A stretch of 64,000 nucleotides of DNA, taken from contig NMRA01000027.1 in the NCBI GenBank assembly GCA_002633005.1, forward strand, positions 347,265 through 411,264, read 5' to 3'. Position numbers and translations under genes: made by a program. The notes beneath the pieces were generated by a model. That model was not told the origin of the DNA and searched no databases. It saw nothing but the letters and a program-made list of their open reading frames with translations. The stretch is from Phoronis australis. Its lineage: Eukaryota; Animalia; Phoronida. Positions 23,382 to 35,613 of the stretch are shown here, piece after piece. The number at the start of each line of letters is the position of its first letter. The first letter of the stretch is position 1.

Positions 23382-23734
23382 TACTTTGCTTTTGGACTTC
23401 AGAACACAAGCTTGAAGATAGCTTTATTGGCAGTACTTGAAAGATTTTTGAGAAACCTTGACAAGGGAACAAAGTGAATTAAAAAATTTTGAAATCCTAG
23501 TAGTGTGCCAGATCAAGAGATGTTCTTCCTCTACTTGTAAAGCTCGTCAGTGTCGACCACTCCTAACTTAACCTGACACAAGGATGCCAAGTATGAAATA
23601 ATAGCAATAGGACATGACGGCTTCCCAGATTTTCTCGGTTTCCTTTTCCGGCTTTTAGTATAATTTGAGTTTAATAAACTTGATCTTCATTATGCGTCTG
23701 ATTACATGTATTTAGCATCCATGAGAAAACTGGC

Positions 23735-24360
23735 TATCGGCTACCATGGTATCCCCTGTTGACCGTTATTGTTTGGCTACCATAACATCCCCTGTTGGCC
23801 GTTATTGTTTGGCTACCATAACATCCCCTGTTGGTCATTATTGTTTTCGACAAGAAATTTCTTGTCCGTCACATATTTAAACTTGACTCAGAGCTATGTT
23901 TCATTGGGGTGGGCTGGCACCAGTCGGATTTCAGATGGATATGACTAATAGAGCACCCTTTTTGGCCATTTTAGTTTTTGATTGGAAGTTACTTTTTGGC
24001 AAAGAGGATGAATTTTTTTAAAATTGACTGTCGTATGAAGTGGGAATGAACCACCACGAGTCGATTTCTGATCAGATTCTAGTACCGCAACATCCCCTGT
24101 TTGTATTTTTATTTTTCAATAAGAAATTTCTTGTTCGTCAAGTTTTGGCAATTTGATTAGACAAATTTTGGCGGAACTTAACATAGTGGTATGCTGTGGG
24201 AATACACCACTACCAGTTGATTTTCGGACGAAGTCTTCTACCCTAGCAGTCCATTTTAGCAATTTCAAGTTTTCAACAATATTTTCATTGTCCGTCACTT
24301 ATTGTCATTATGTCTTGGTGAAACTTAACATTAGTTTGCCCCAACATCAATCGATTTGAG
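23735..24360. repeat. Degenerate Helentron-like relic including three 36-bp tandem units (GGCTACCATAACATCCCCTGTTGGCCGTTATTGTTT)
   Basis: Tandem units at 23739-23847. CAACATCCCCTGTT, AAGAAATTTCTTGT and GAAACTTAACAT recur further on. Confidence 0.5.
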
Positions 24361-24375
24361 GCCAAATTCACGCGT

Positions 24376-24497
24376 AGTCACCCACTAAAATACTATAATG
24401 CATGTAAGGAGTCGCACTGTAAAGTACTGTAGTGCATATAAGAAGTCACACAGTAAAGTACTATAGTGCATGTACGGATTCACACTGTAAAATACTC
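24376..24497. repeat. 34-bp tandem repeat, ~3.5 copies
   Basis: GTCRCACTGTAAAGTACTATAGTGCATGTAAGGA recurs. Confidence 0.8.
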
Positions 24498-26979
24498 TCT
24501 TGGTCATTCACCCATAAATCGCTAATAAAGCAGGAAACAAATTAAAGTTTGTATTGTCATTTTAGCTGGCGGCGTAGATTATAATGGTATTGTGGAGGAC
24601 ATAATTATACATTGTTGATGGTAATTAGTATTATGTACACAGAACTTTAATTATCTGACTGCAGTACAAGTTGGGAATGTCATCATTATGCCATTAGTGT
24701 GAGACTATTGACCCATTGGTACACCAGTGATTTTGTTGGCTGTTCAACCCCACCGTGCACTTTCTCACACAGTGGCTATTTGTATACAGGTCAAGGTCAA
24801 AGCTTCTAGTGGGACTGTGGTCGTAATGCTTTGGGTTTATCATTGTATCGTCTCGTCACTAGTCCCTCATCCTGGAAATGGCGGGTGTACCTTTCATGAC
24901 TAGTTTCACAAAGAAAGGGTGCCTTCTTTGACAAGATTTCCTACAAAAGGGTGCCTTGTCCAACAAAATTCCCTTCAAGCAAGTTGAATTTGGGTATTCA
25001 AAAGCCATCAAAAGTTGCCTTTTGCAACAACAAATGTCGACTCCTGAAGGATTTTTTATAATTTCTTGCAAATGATGTCCTCTTTTTAGACCACATGTTG
25101 TTTATTCTTGATCTATCTCAGGCTCAATGAGTTGAACATTAATCTGTCCAGGAATAGTTACTGAAGCTTTAGATTGGAAGAATTAAACCAGGGCTGCAAA
25201 ACAGTGGTGTTCCTAGAATTCAACCTTCTGACAAAAGGATGACTTTTTATGCAAGGCTGCCAAAAATAGACCCCCTTTCTTCAAATCCACTTTCTAAATG
25301 TGTGGGTTTCCTAATTTTCCAGCTGCATTCCCTTTGTATCAAAGATACATTGGAGTACCCCCCCGAGGTCATGTATAAGGGTCACATGTGAGTCATCAAA
25401 TGTTCTCTGCTCAATTACTGCCAGTCTGTGCCTTCATTAAACACCCATTTGTTGTACTTTATCATCTCCACTCATATGTACAATGAAGCTGTTGTCTGAC
25501 TTGGCCATCATATTATACCTTCATGTCATTGAGCCCAAGCTGGTCCTGTGCTGGTGTGTATCACTGAACCTATCCAACTCTTGTCCATACTCTTTACAAA
25601 CACACCATTTATCTGTTCCCGTCTCCACAATTTCACTTTGGCTGCCATACTTCATTGCTTTTGACAAAATATGTTCTCATTCTAGAGGCTTCTTGCTAAA
25701 TGAAGATGTTTGTCAAGAGACAATGAACAATTTGAAGCGATTTACAAAATGCATTAAATGTTTGAGCCAATTCAACAGAGTTTGGGTATCCAACGTCGTA
25801 GTCTGGAAATGTCTAAGTTGACTCAGGTGTATTTTACATGGTATTCATCACCTTTTTATGTTCATGATGGAGGGTGATGACATAAGACAGGCTGTGGTCT
25901 CCTGATATGATGTATCCCTCTGATAAAACTACTTCATATTCTTTATACAAAGTGCTCCCATGTGTTATTAAGGCTAATGCTCAGAAGGCTATACATCTGG
26001 ATGAAGACTTAGGGTATGTCCTGAAATGCCCTCGTTGTCAATTACATGGCTGATGTGGGTTACCTTGAAGGCCCTTTAATACTTATGTTGATGCGCGTCA
26101 GTGTTTTGGGGAGTTTCGGTGTATATGAACGGTTAACTTTGGTCCTAGGTTGAAGTTAACAGGGCCACTTAATTTCGTAGTAAACAGGTGGATTTAACAT
26201 CGGAGCATTAATGCTGTGACTTGGGTCTCATCTAAGTTATTGCCAGGGATCATTGATATTAACATTCAAAGGGCAGTGTCATCGCTAATAGTTGCTTGTA
26301 TTTTTCTTGAGTAATAACCAATCGAATTAGAAGTAAGTTCTATATCAATTAGCCCACGTAAATGTTCTCAAATTGTCACATTTAAAAAATCTCTTAGTGT
26401 GCATGGGATGCATCAGCGCTACCTTGTGATTGTTTCCATGACGACAGCGTCAGCTAGCGTTTACTTCAATGCCGTCAACTACTGAAGCTGGTATGAATGA
26501 TTCACTTTATTTCACGGTTACGGTAACTCCGACGCTCTGCTCATGCCGGAGTTAAGTTAGTATGAAAGGACCTTTAGAGGTGATAAACCGTGTTTAGGTT
26601 GGTTTGTGGATATTAATTAACTGCTATGAGAAAGAAAATAATGCTCTGGAACTCAGGTATACCTTTTAGAATTTGGAAAGAGTTTGAAAAATCCAGAAAG
26701 TCTTGCTGAATCAGTTAGCATCACTAATGCTTTTGACAAGATAATTAAATATTGCTGCCTGGGGGAAAGGCCATCCAAGTCCCACAGGAGGATGCATGTT
26801 GTCAGTGTTACCAAATGGGAAGGTGTTTTTGCAGACTGATGTTTTTTGTCTGTCAGTTTTTGTATATGGTGGTGGAAGTCCCACTTGTGCATTAGCAGGG
26901 GAGACAACATGAATGAGATCATCAAAACAAGTTTGATTAAAACAGTTATTTGTAAACCTATGTATTTTCATCCCCTTAG

Positions 26980-27093
26980 CCTTCGTCCACAAGCACCAAA
27001 TACTTGGAGGACATCAGCACATCTCAGCTGTTTGACATCGCCACAGTCTCCGACCATGACTCGGAGGAAGACTATTATTGGTCAGATACATAG
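26980..27093 (+). CDS. MIS18BP1: MIS18BP1 terminal coding exon (PSSTSTKYLEDISTSQLFDIATVSDHDSEEDYYWSDT*)
   Basis: TTTTCATCCCCTTAG acceptor. Phase 0 matches the donor at 13770, and the stop is TAG. The acidic DYY(F/W)S tail resembles the recalled vertebrate M18BP1 C-terminus. Confidence 0.8.
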   Translation, partial: PSSTSTKYLEDISTSQLFDIATVSDHDSEEDYYWSDT

Positions 27094-27980
27094 GCTGCAG
27101 CCTCAGTGGACTGTTGTCATGTGACTGGATCAAGTATGTGGACAGTTTTCTTTTGAACCACTTAATACAACAATGTTAAGGACCTTATTGGAACTCAATA
27201 CGCTAATGAATTGTGGGAATCTTATTTTCTTGTTCTTTGTCTTACTACTTTGTTAAAACACAACCAGCCTAAGGGTTTTCATTTTTCATCCCTGTGCATA
27301 TTGCCTTAGAGCTGCTATAATCCTGGAAAAAACAACTGGCGGTTTCAATTAAAACACTTCCCTTTATAGAAGGGATCTCAAGCTGTTTCTTGCTCAGATT
27401 GGAAGGGATTTCTAGTCTTGGTCAGAACTGTTAGTTGGTCACTGCTTGGAGCCATGCTGAACACTTAAAGCGAGTCAACGTGTTCACAACCCTTCAGCAA
27501 CTGTCAGTTCCTTCCATGTATAGAAATCACTTCTAATTTTAGCAAGAAACAAGTCAAAGCTCAGCTTATTACAGGATGTGATCTAGAACAAAAGTTAGTT
27601 TTTTGACAGAGAGCAGTAGGTTGTATAGCAGCTCTTGATGACTATGCTGTAAAGAGGCATTGTAGTGAGCATGGTGTATAGGATTCATTTCTGAACTGAT
27701 CTTTTGTCCTAAAGTTTAAACTGAAGCTCATAGTAAAAATGGGAGACTTGATATTCAATAGGTCGGCTAGGACGCTGTTTCTTTTATTACCTGAACGTAA
27801 AAAGCTTACACTTTTGGTTTATCACAGTATCATTGATCCTGTCTGTGACAAAGAATTACAGGTAATGACAATAAAAAGTTGTCAACTTGCTCACAGCTGT
27901 CATGTGATGCCAGTATCTCTGGTGTGTACCTGAAGCCACTCTTGTCAAGAGGTGGCGCCCTTGTTTCTGGAACGCCAGCT

Positions 27981-27986
27981 AATAAA
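27981..27986 (+). promoter_or_regulatory. Candidate polyadenylation signal for MIS18BP1 (alternative at 27870-27875)
   Basis: AATAAA lies ~0.9 kb after the stop and is followed by T/GT-rich sequence. Confidence 0.4.
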
Positions 27987-30900
27987 TGTCCACTTATTGA
28001 ATCACAATGAAATTGTTTTCTTTATATTAATTTATAGTATTTTTGTCAAAATGTTTATACAGCTTTTTATGGTTTTATAGAAAGGTGGTGATAAAGTTGT
28101 ACATACTTGTTACAATTTGTTTGTAATTATGTCTACAAGCCATCATGTAGTATTTGTACTTTTTCTGTCTCAGTGTCACATTTACTTTGCAAATGGTTTA
28201 ACTAGCAATATGCCTCAACTACTGGAAATTTTGCTGTGGTGACCCTGTTTGATGGTCTCAGTCAGATCTTGCTGTTGATATCCATAGTTTGTTGGTAAAA
28301 GTTCTGCAGCCCATGGTTCTATAGACCATGGAATGGGTATGTTTCCCCTAAGACCCTTCAGGAATGAATTATTTTTTATAAGTGAAGTTATGCTTTGATA
28401 TATCTAATGCTGTCTATTCAACTAAGCTACATTGTGCCAAAACTAATCAGACAAAATGACCCATAATTCCTCATCATGACGGTTCGGCACAAACAGACAA
28501 AATGACACATAATTCCTGGTTGTGATGGCTCAGTATAAGCGGAATTCTCTGTTTTGTTAGCCACGTATTTTCACTGTAATACGGAATGAACTGACATGAT
28601 AGGGAAAACAGTATTTTGTCCCATTAGGATGGTATTTGCTGTAAGAAAATGTAACATGAAGCAGTGCGTGTTAATACATGTGGTCTATGAGTTTTCATCT
28701 TAACTAAGTGTTTTCTTTGGAACTGTTTTTAAATGAACACCATAAGCTGACGTCAGTCAGAAATTTTGAAAAACCTAGATTATATATTTTTAGGTTTCGT
28801 TTAACAGTTATATATCCTGTCCGAGCCTTTGTTGTTGTGAATGAATTTCTTGAGATGCAAAACGAACACCAGATTTGGAGAAGCCACTACAATATGACTG
28901 GATGAGCAGGAATAGGTAATTTTGGAAATATTTAAATGAGGTAAACAAAAACAATGCATTTGAGGCAGGCGAAAAATCACGCTTTGAGCTGTGATTAAGC
29001 ACAGAGTGCATTGTTTTTAAAACTTAAAAAGAGGCTCACTTTTAAAATGGCGACTGCGTGAATAAGGGTGTATAACCATCCACATGCCTATATATTAACA
29101 TTTTTTAAGCAAATTTCGAAAGAGGAGATAAAACTATTTTGATTTCATGAAATTACCTATTCTGGTCTATTATATTAGGTGGTTTGAAAGATGTATTTTA
29201 ACATGAAATAAACCAGGATAGTAGAAACAAAGCATTTTTCATTTCATTAAAAACTGAACACCTCAAGCCAGGACTTCCAAAACTGAGCTGTGTTGTAGTG
29301 ACTAAAATATTGGCCATTTGCAAAGAGGGTGTTTTCTACATGAGTTCAGGGATCAAGTGTTGGGGTCTGCCTGTGAAACAGGCAAACAAGGGATGATGTA
29401 CTGTAAATTTGTAGCATTCACTAGTCATTAATTAAAGTGGGTGGACCACAGTTTGATAAATAAGACGGCAACATTTCAAATTAAACCGAATTTATTTTTT
29501 GCAATGTTATGTATCGAAAGGATGTTTGATTGGTTACAAAAAATTATCAAGGTCACATGTCCTTGCATTCTCTAACAATAACAGCAGAAAATTAAGCCGG
29601 TGGCAACTGAAAAAGTTTGAAACATAGTCAATCAAATGCAAAGGGCCTCAACTTGAGCTCTGTTGTGCGCATGCATATTTGTTCATTCATCGCCTTACCA
29701 TGGGAGCCCTCATTGCTAAAGAGCACACCTTGTGATTAGCTTATGGTGATGGACAACTTGTGTCACCACAAAGTAAGGGAGAGCTATCTTGGGACTGCTG
29801 AGTGAACTAAAAGTACCAGTAACATTGTAAGAGAAAAGAGTGCCAAGATGATGATCAGATGTCAGATCATACGGTGATATGTTCTGCTGGGGAAGCTGGA
29901 GGTGAAAACAACAGCCAACTGGATAAAGTTTTATTGGATGGTAAGTTCACCTATAAAAACAATGAGTCACAGTTATAAATAACAGTAAAGGTTACCTTGC
30001 GTAAAGGTAAGGCACCTTTGGGCAAGGTACCACATTCATAAGGGAGGTTAGGAACATTTCACTTTCTCCTTTTGACTTTTCTCTCAGGTCATTTTGCGTA
30101 CCATTGGTCCTCATTCATTCCCCATCCCAGTATAGATTGTTTGTCCACATGGGTAGAATGATAGTGGTAGACATGTATAACATTCAATCAATAGACTGTA
30201 GAACTGTTAAGTTTTTTAGAAAATGTGATATTCACCTGCTCACAACTGGTGATGCACAATTAGAAATATATTTGTCATGTTCCTTGCATTCTGGGAAATA
30301 TGCATTCTGGGAAATATAGGTATGGTGGATCTCTTCATGATGGATATTTCAAGTATTTGCTGTTGTCAAAGTTTATTGTTTCCATGAAAAATAGAGGTGT
30401 TGAACATTCAAAGGGGCAAAAACACTGAAATCTTGACGAGTTTCAATTCCCAATGTTTCAATTTCAATTTCAAAACCATTGGTAAAAAAACAAGGATTCA
30501 GCAACTTTAAGAAATGTTTTATTCACACAACACAGTATTCAGTTAATGATTTTAAGGTGCATTCTTAGTGTTTGTCAACCTGTGAAGAAAATGTTACATT
30601 TCATTCTGTTTCCTATTTCCAGTAGTTCCATGGTTCCATCAATAGATGTTGCCAACTGCATTAGTGTGCATCTTTTTGTCAACTTATGTGCATCAACCCA
30701 ATTCTGTGGCAAGTCAGTCAGCAATCTTTGAATCAACATAAGAACCAGTAACATATTGATCCAGAGAACCAGCGAAATATTGGTCCATAGAACCAGAACT
30801 ATGTCGGTCCATGGGACAGAGACTAGTCGCTCATCTCCCTTGGATACCGGTCTTGTACTTGTCACGATGGTAACAGATCCGCGTGCCCTTATCAGTTCTC

Positions 30901-31414
30901 CGTCCAGTGCCTCGAATACAGACCGGACGAACAAGTGACAAGGAGGCGTGGAATACGTAGGTCAGAAATGGGTCGTCCTGAAAGAGTATGATGAAAATGG
31001 CAATTCCAAGAGATTGAGATTGAGAATCAACGTGGTCAAACCATGCTTTGAATTGTGAACTTATCGTTATGCCGATAAAATACAATTTTGCTAAGCTCAT
31101 TTGATTTCATTTAATAACCAGGACTTGTGTGAAGTCAACTTCCAATGAAGTGAATGGGCTAACACTTCACCAAAACGCAAGCAACCTTGGTGATTTTTAT
31201 TCCAAAGAACGTTTTAATGTTTTATCCCTCTCCGTAACGTTATCGCATGCTCCTTGGCAATTGTTTGAATAGTAGACAGCTCAAACACGTCACGTGAAAT
31301 TTAATTTTGAGAAGACTATAAAATTTCAACATGACCAGTCGCTCACTTACACAACCCAGTGTCCACACTAGTGAAGTAACCCTATTTGGTATCGTCGCCA
31401 CACCAGGAACGTAA

Positions 31415-31832
31415 AGGTTGCGGATCTTTTTTTCCGCTCCCCTTGTAGATGGTGGCTCCTGCGGCTGCTTCTGTTTGCTCAAGTCGAGTGCTCGTCACGA
31501 TTGCATTGACATGCATTTCGTCACACACGCACACAGCCATATTCATTCATACTATGAGGGCCTGTTCACTCGCTATGTGCCACCTCTATTCGAGAACCCG
31601 CACGATACATTTGCGTACAAGAACAAAAGCACCTGCTTTGAATATATACTGAAGTAAAGTTGAGTATTGGTTCTGCGGACTTATGAGTTTGGCAAGGGTG
31701 CCGTGGCCACGTGCGAGTTTCTTGTACAAACTTGTGCCATATCTGCGCTTCTCTGTTGTCCAGAAGTGAAGTTAAAAGAGCCAAAGAGTGTTGAGAATTG
31801 ACACAACCACCACAAACGCGACGCCTCGGCAT
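31415..31832 (-). pseudogene. Degenerate THAP-domain coding relic, probably from a THAP-bearing DNA transposon
   Basis: Reads MPRR(R)VCGGCVN...WHKFVQETRTW, then NAIVT (AVPT-like) and RGAEKKIR across frameshifts. The first Cys codon appears mutated (CGC). Confidence 0.55.
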
Positions 31833-32899
31833 TATTTATAAAACCATAAACCACGAGAAAACGAGCGGCAATATCAGACGAATATTCACACTTATCACAA
31901 TGGATGACTAACGCTGTGATTGGTTGTTTCGATTCTGGGTGGTGTCGACCAATAAATGCTCGTAACTCGAGATCAGCTAACTAACATATCTTCACATAGT
32001 GGGTGCGGGCGTTCGAATGTGGCAGCCGATCCACTGACTGGTGAGGCTGTTTTTTATTCGTGTTTTGATTTTAATCACTTTAAAGATGATCGAGGTTTAC
32101 TGATACTATAATGGATGCTGTGGGACATGGTCATTCGAACGAATGGGTGTATCTCGGGGAGGGGGGTGCTGAACACGTGCGGAGGGAGATGCAGATGCTG
32201 AGCCGTTAAGTGTTCCCTGTCTTCAAAAAACTTACTTAATGCTTGCTTCTTTAGGATCTATTACGAATGGGTTACTTTGCAATATCCGGTAAATAAACGT
32301 TAAAATTTTCCATCGGCATGATATTGTAAAAATGACATGCTCAATGAACGAACTGCTTCCAATTTCGGTCACCCGGTCATGATTAACTTTGAACCTCTTT
32401 CTGACTGTTACCAACCAGCTGCCGCAGTAAGTGACAACCAGGTGCTTTTTATTTAACGCCCAATATTTCTGATTACTCGCTGCTCAGACATCGATTGAGG
32501 GACTACATCTCTAGGGTGAAAGTTATTACAATGGTTAGACCAAACTAACAAGACAGTTGTTATGTGGTCGAATCTCCACGGTCATGAATAAGTTGCGACT
32601 TTGAATCTTTCATGAACCATTGTCACACCACCCCCCCCCCTCACCTCCCTTAGTGAATGCGGTAACAATACGGTATTCCTGTTTTGTCCATTTTGCTCGT
32701 GAACGGTTACCAGTCTGCCAGGATCATGAACCGTCCAGACATATTGGCCGTGGACACCTTGGTGCTTGTTCCGTTCACACTACTCGTCTCTATTATAACA
32801 TTTGAGTTTCATACATACCTTTTTACGTCTCTTCTGAAACGTGTTCTCTCTCATAAGTGTCTCAAATATGAACCGCCCTCCACCTGTTTTCTCACAAAT

Positions 32900-33400
32900 A
32901 AACCCATCTGTGCGAGTCGATGCCACGTCAATGGCCGTAGTATCAGTTGTAATGCAATTACGTATCACATGCACTCGCCCGCATGTGACCTCATAGATCT
33001 GAAACTCATACAGATAGATATAGAATGCAGCTCTCATAGTATCATTAGCTTACCAATGTACTCGTGTTACATGACTAACTCATCACTTGTGCCATATAAC
33101 CGGCACAACTAAATTATATTCACTTCAATCACGCGATCATTCCCAATGATATATTACGTTCATCATTCCGCAGTTGTGCGCTGCGTGTGTTAGACCTTCT
33201 ACACACTTTGAAGGATCTGATCTGAATCGTACCCCTATGGCGGTACAGCCATTTTTTGCGCTGATGTCGCTTTCCATAGTCTCTATAAAAGAAAGATGTG
33301 GTTTAAACAACTGTTTCAGGACTGCTTCAAACTGGCCTAGATGGTCATTCAAAGTCACCATAAGCTCAGTCGCCCATGTGTCGAAACCACTTCTCTGTGT
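32900..33400 (-). mobile_element. Heavily decayed Ty3/Gypsy pol relic (RT C-terminus and RNase H)
   Basis: TLNDHLGQFEAVLKQL...SDPSK resembles the RT segment xxDHLxxLxxVLxxL...DPxKV. Downstream fragments FRS and TDxxPL resemble RNase H. There are many frameshifts. Confidence 0.4.
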
Positions 33401-35346
33401 TTAACAGGGCCGTGGCCATTTTGGATTTTAAAATAGTTGGCAGCGATGCTCAAACAATAATTTGAGATAGTTTGATTCATAAAGTGTTTTATGGCAGAGC
33501 CGTTCTGTGGTTTGGGTTTTACAAAGTTATTGCGCACACGTTCCTAACTTCACTGGCCGCTGTTGAATGTCTAAAATTCGCGAGCAAGCAAAGTTGTTCA
33601 CCGTCGACGCATAGCATAGACGCACTTCTTGTGAAAGCTTGATGAAATGTTGTACACCCAGTTATAGGGTCTGGGCTGCCTACCTTCAGGGGGGCCGGCG
33701 TATCGCCACTATCGTGCAGTATGAATTAACACAAATGTAGCTTGTTTCAATGTGCAGCTGGAGCCTGTTCCGCTTTTTCAAACCTCACAGATGAACTATC
33801 TTGCATACAACTCATCCACTTTCACAGTTGACATGGTCTCAGTTCGGGGTAAGTTAGATCACGCGCCCAGCTGTTTGATGTCGTTTTTCCATAAGAGAAC
33901 TGCTCTACTTCACTGTCCACAGTTTTTAGTCGTGGTCCTGTCTTGTAACATTCCCGACGACGTACCAAGTAATTGTGTCTAAGTGCTTAGAAGAGTTCGC
34001 CTCTGCACTCGTAACAGGATGTGTGTTGATGAGAGATAGGGAAGCGCCCAAATGCCGTTCTGTTATCTCGCCTGGGCAGCACCTTTACCATGCAAGAGGC
34101 TTTCATCGATATTCACCCCACCATGGCAATATAATTGCACTGACAAATATGTTCTCACGACCCGCGACATCGCTCATGAGGTTATTGTCAACCTTTCGTT
34201 CTATCTGGCCGACTACGAACGAGAATTGAAGGTAATTTAAATATGGCATTGTATTTCTGAGTTAGCGGTCCATGGAACCCATATGTGTCGCGCATGCTTG
34301 TTCAAACGGGCAATATTTTCAGCTTCTGCGGGAGTTTGTCTGCAATTCAGTTAATTAATTTGATGGGAAACCACATGGGACATGTCTTGCTGTGTTAATA
34401 CTTAATTAAACTGATAACCTCTGACGTCGTTCTAGTGGCTCAACAAACAGAAGGCAACATTATGCCTACCAATTTTCGATTTATGCCACTTACTGTTATA
34501 AAATCCGTCTCATCTCGTTTCTTACTTAGCTTAGAAGAAACGATTTCTAGCCTTGAGAGCAACCAATTGTCCGATTAGTGCTGCATACCAGGCCCATTAC
34601 ATTGCTTGTCACGGTAGGTTAGTTTCAGTCTCTAATGCAGTATCGCCGTCAGCCGAACAGATGCCATCTTTGAACCAATAGGAAAAATTCTACTATTCGT
34701 TAGCGTTTTGAGAGCACAAAATCGTCATTCGCTTGACCTAATGTGGCGACAATGTTTTAGTATACTATCCCATGGTGGCAGTTTGACGGCGTAGTGGTTG
34801 CAAAGGGTTTATAAAAGACGCTGAAATTTTTCGCACCGTATTAAATTCAAACAAGAATGGAGAACTGTTTCTTTAAAATCCCCTATCGCCATCTTGCGAA
34901 AATGGCTGCTACATGCGATTTGTGGTGACCAATTTCAATTCCCACAAAGGGTAAAAAAGTAATTACGTCGCATCCCAAGAACAAAGTAAACACGCTTGTT
35001 AAGAAAGACGGTGAATATGTTTTACAGCGAAAATGCGCATGTTTGCAGCTTATGTAGTCACGAGTCCAGTGTTCAAAAGTTCGTTTTTTCAAAGCGAGAC
35101 ATTTAGCCAGCTATCTTTAGTTTGTATCAAAGTAGAACGGAAAATGTTGTAATTTCAGTTTCTCAAGTTCGATTTACACTACCAAGATTAGACCCCGAGT
35201 CCTGGTTATGACTTTTCCATTTTATAACCTTTATGTACTAAGAATTGCTACTGCTCACACTGCAATACTGTTAAAACCTGTTACTGGTTTGAATTTGATT
35301 CATAAAGGCAACACAATACAACGAGTGGCCGTTCGCACTGGCTTGT

Positions 35347-35613
35347 AACCGTTGCAACTGCACGCTAAACCAGTCTTCCTCGCTCAACCATTGCAACTGC
35401 ACGCTAAACCAACCTTCCTCACTAATCGTTGCAACTGCACGCTAAACCAACCTTCCTCACTAACCGTTGCAACTGCACGCTAAACCAACCTTCCTCACTA
35501 ACCGTTGCAACTGCGCGCTAAACCAACTTCCTCACTAACCGTTGCAACTGCACGCTAAACCAACCTTTCTCACTAACCGTTGCAACTGCACGCTGAACCA
35601 GCCTTTCTCACGC
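35347..35613. repeat. 38-bp minisatellite (AACCGTTGCAACTGCACGCTAAACCAACCTTCCTCACT), ~7 copies
   Basis: Periodicity is directly visible. Confidence 0.95.

Noticed and set aside
25973-26013. Candidate extra MIS18BP1 exon (ANAQKAIHLDEDL) with AG/GT ends
   Set aside because: Its 41-nt length would shift the frame of the conserved last exon, and the acceptor is weak.
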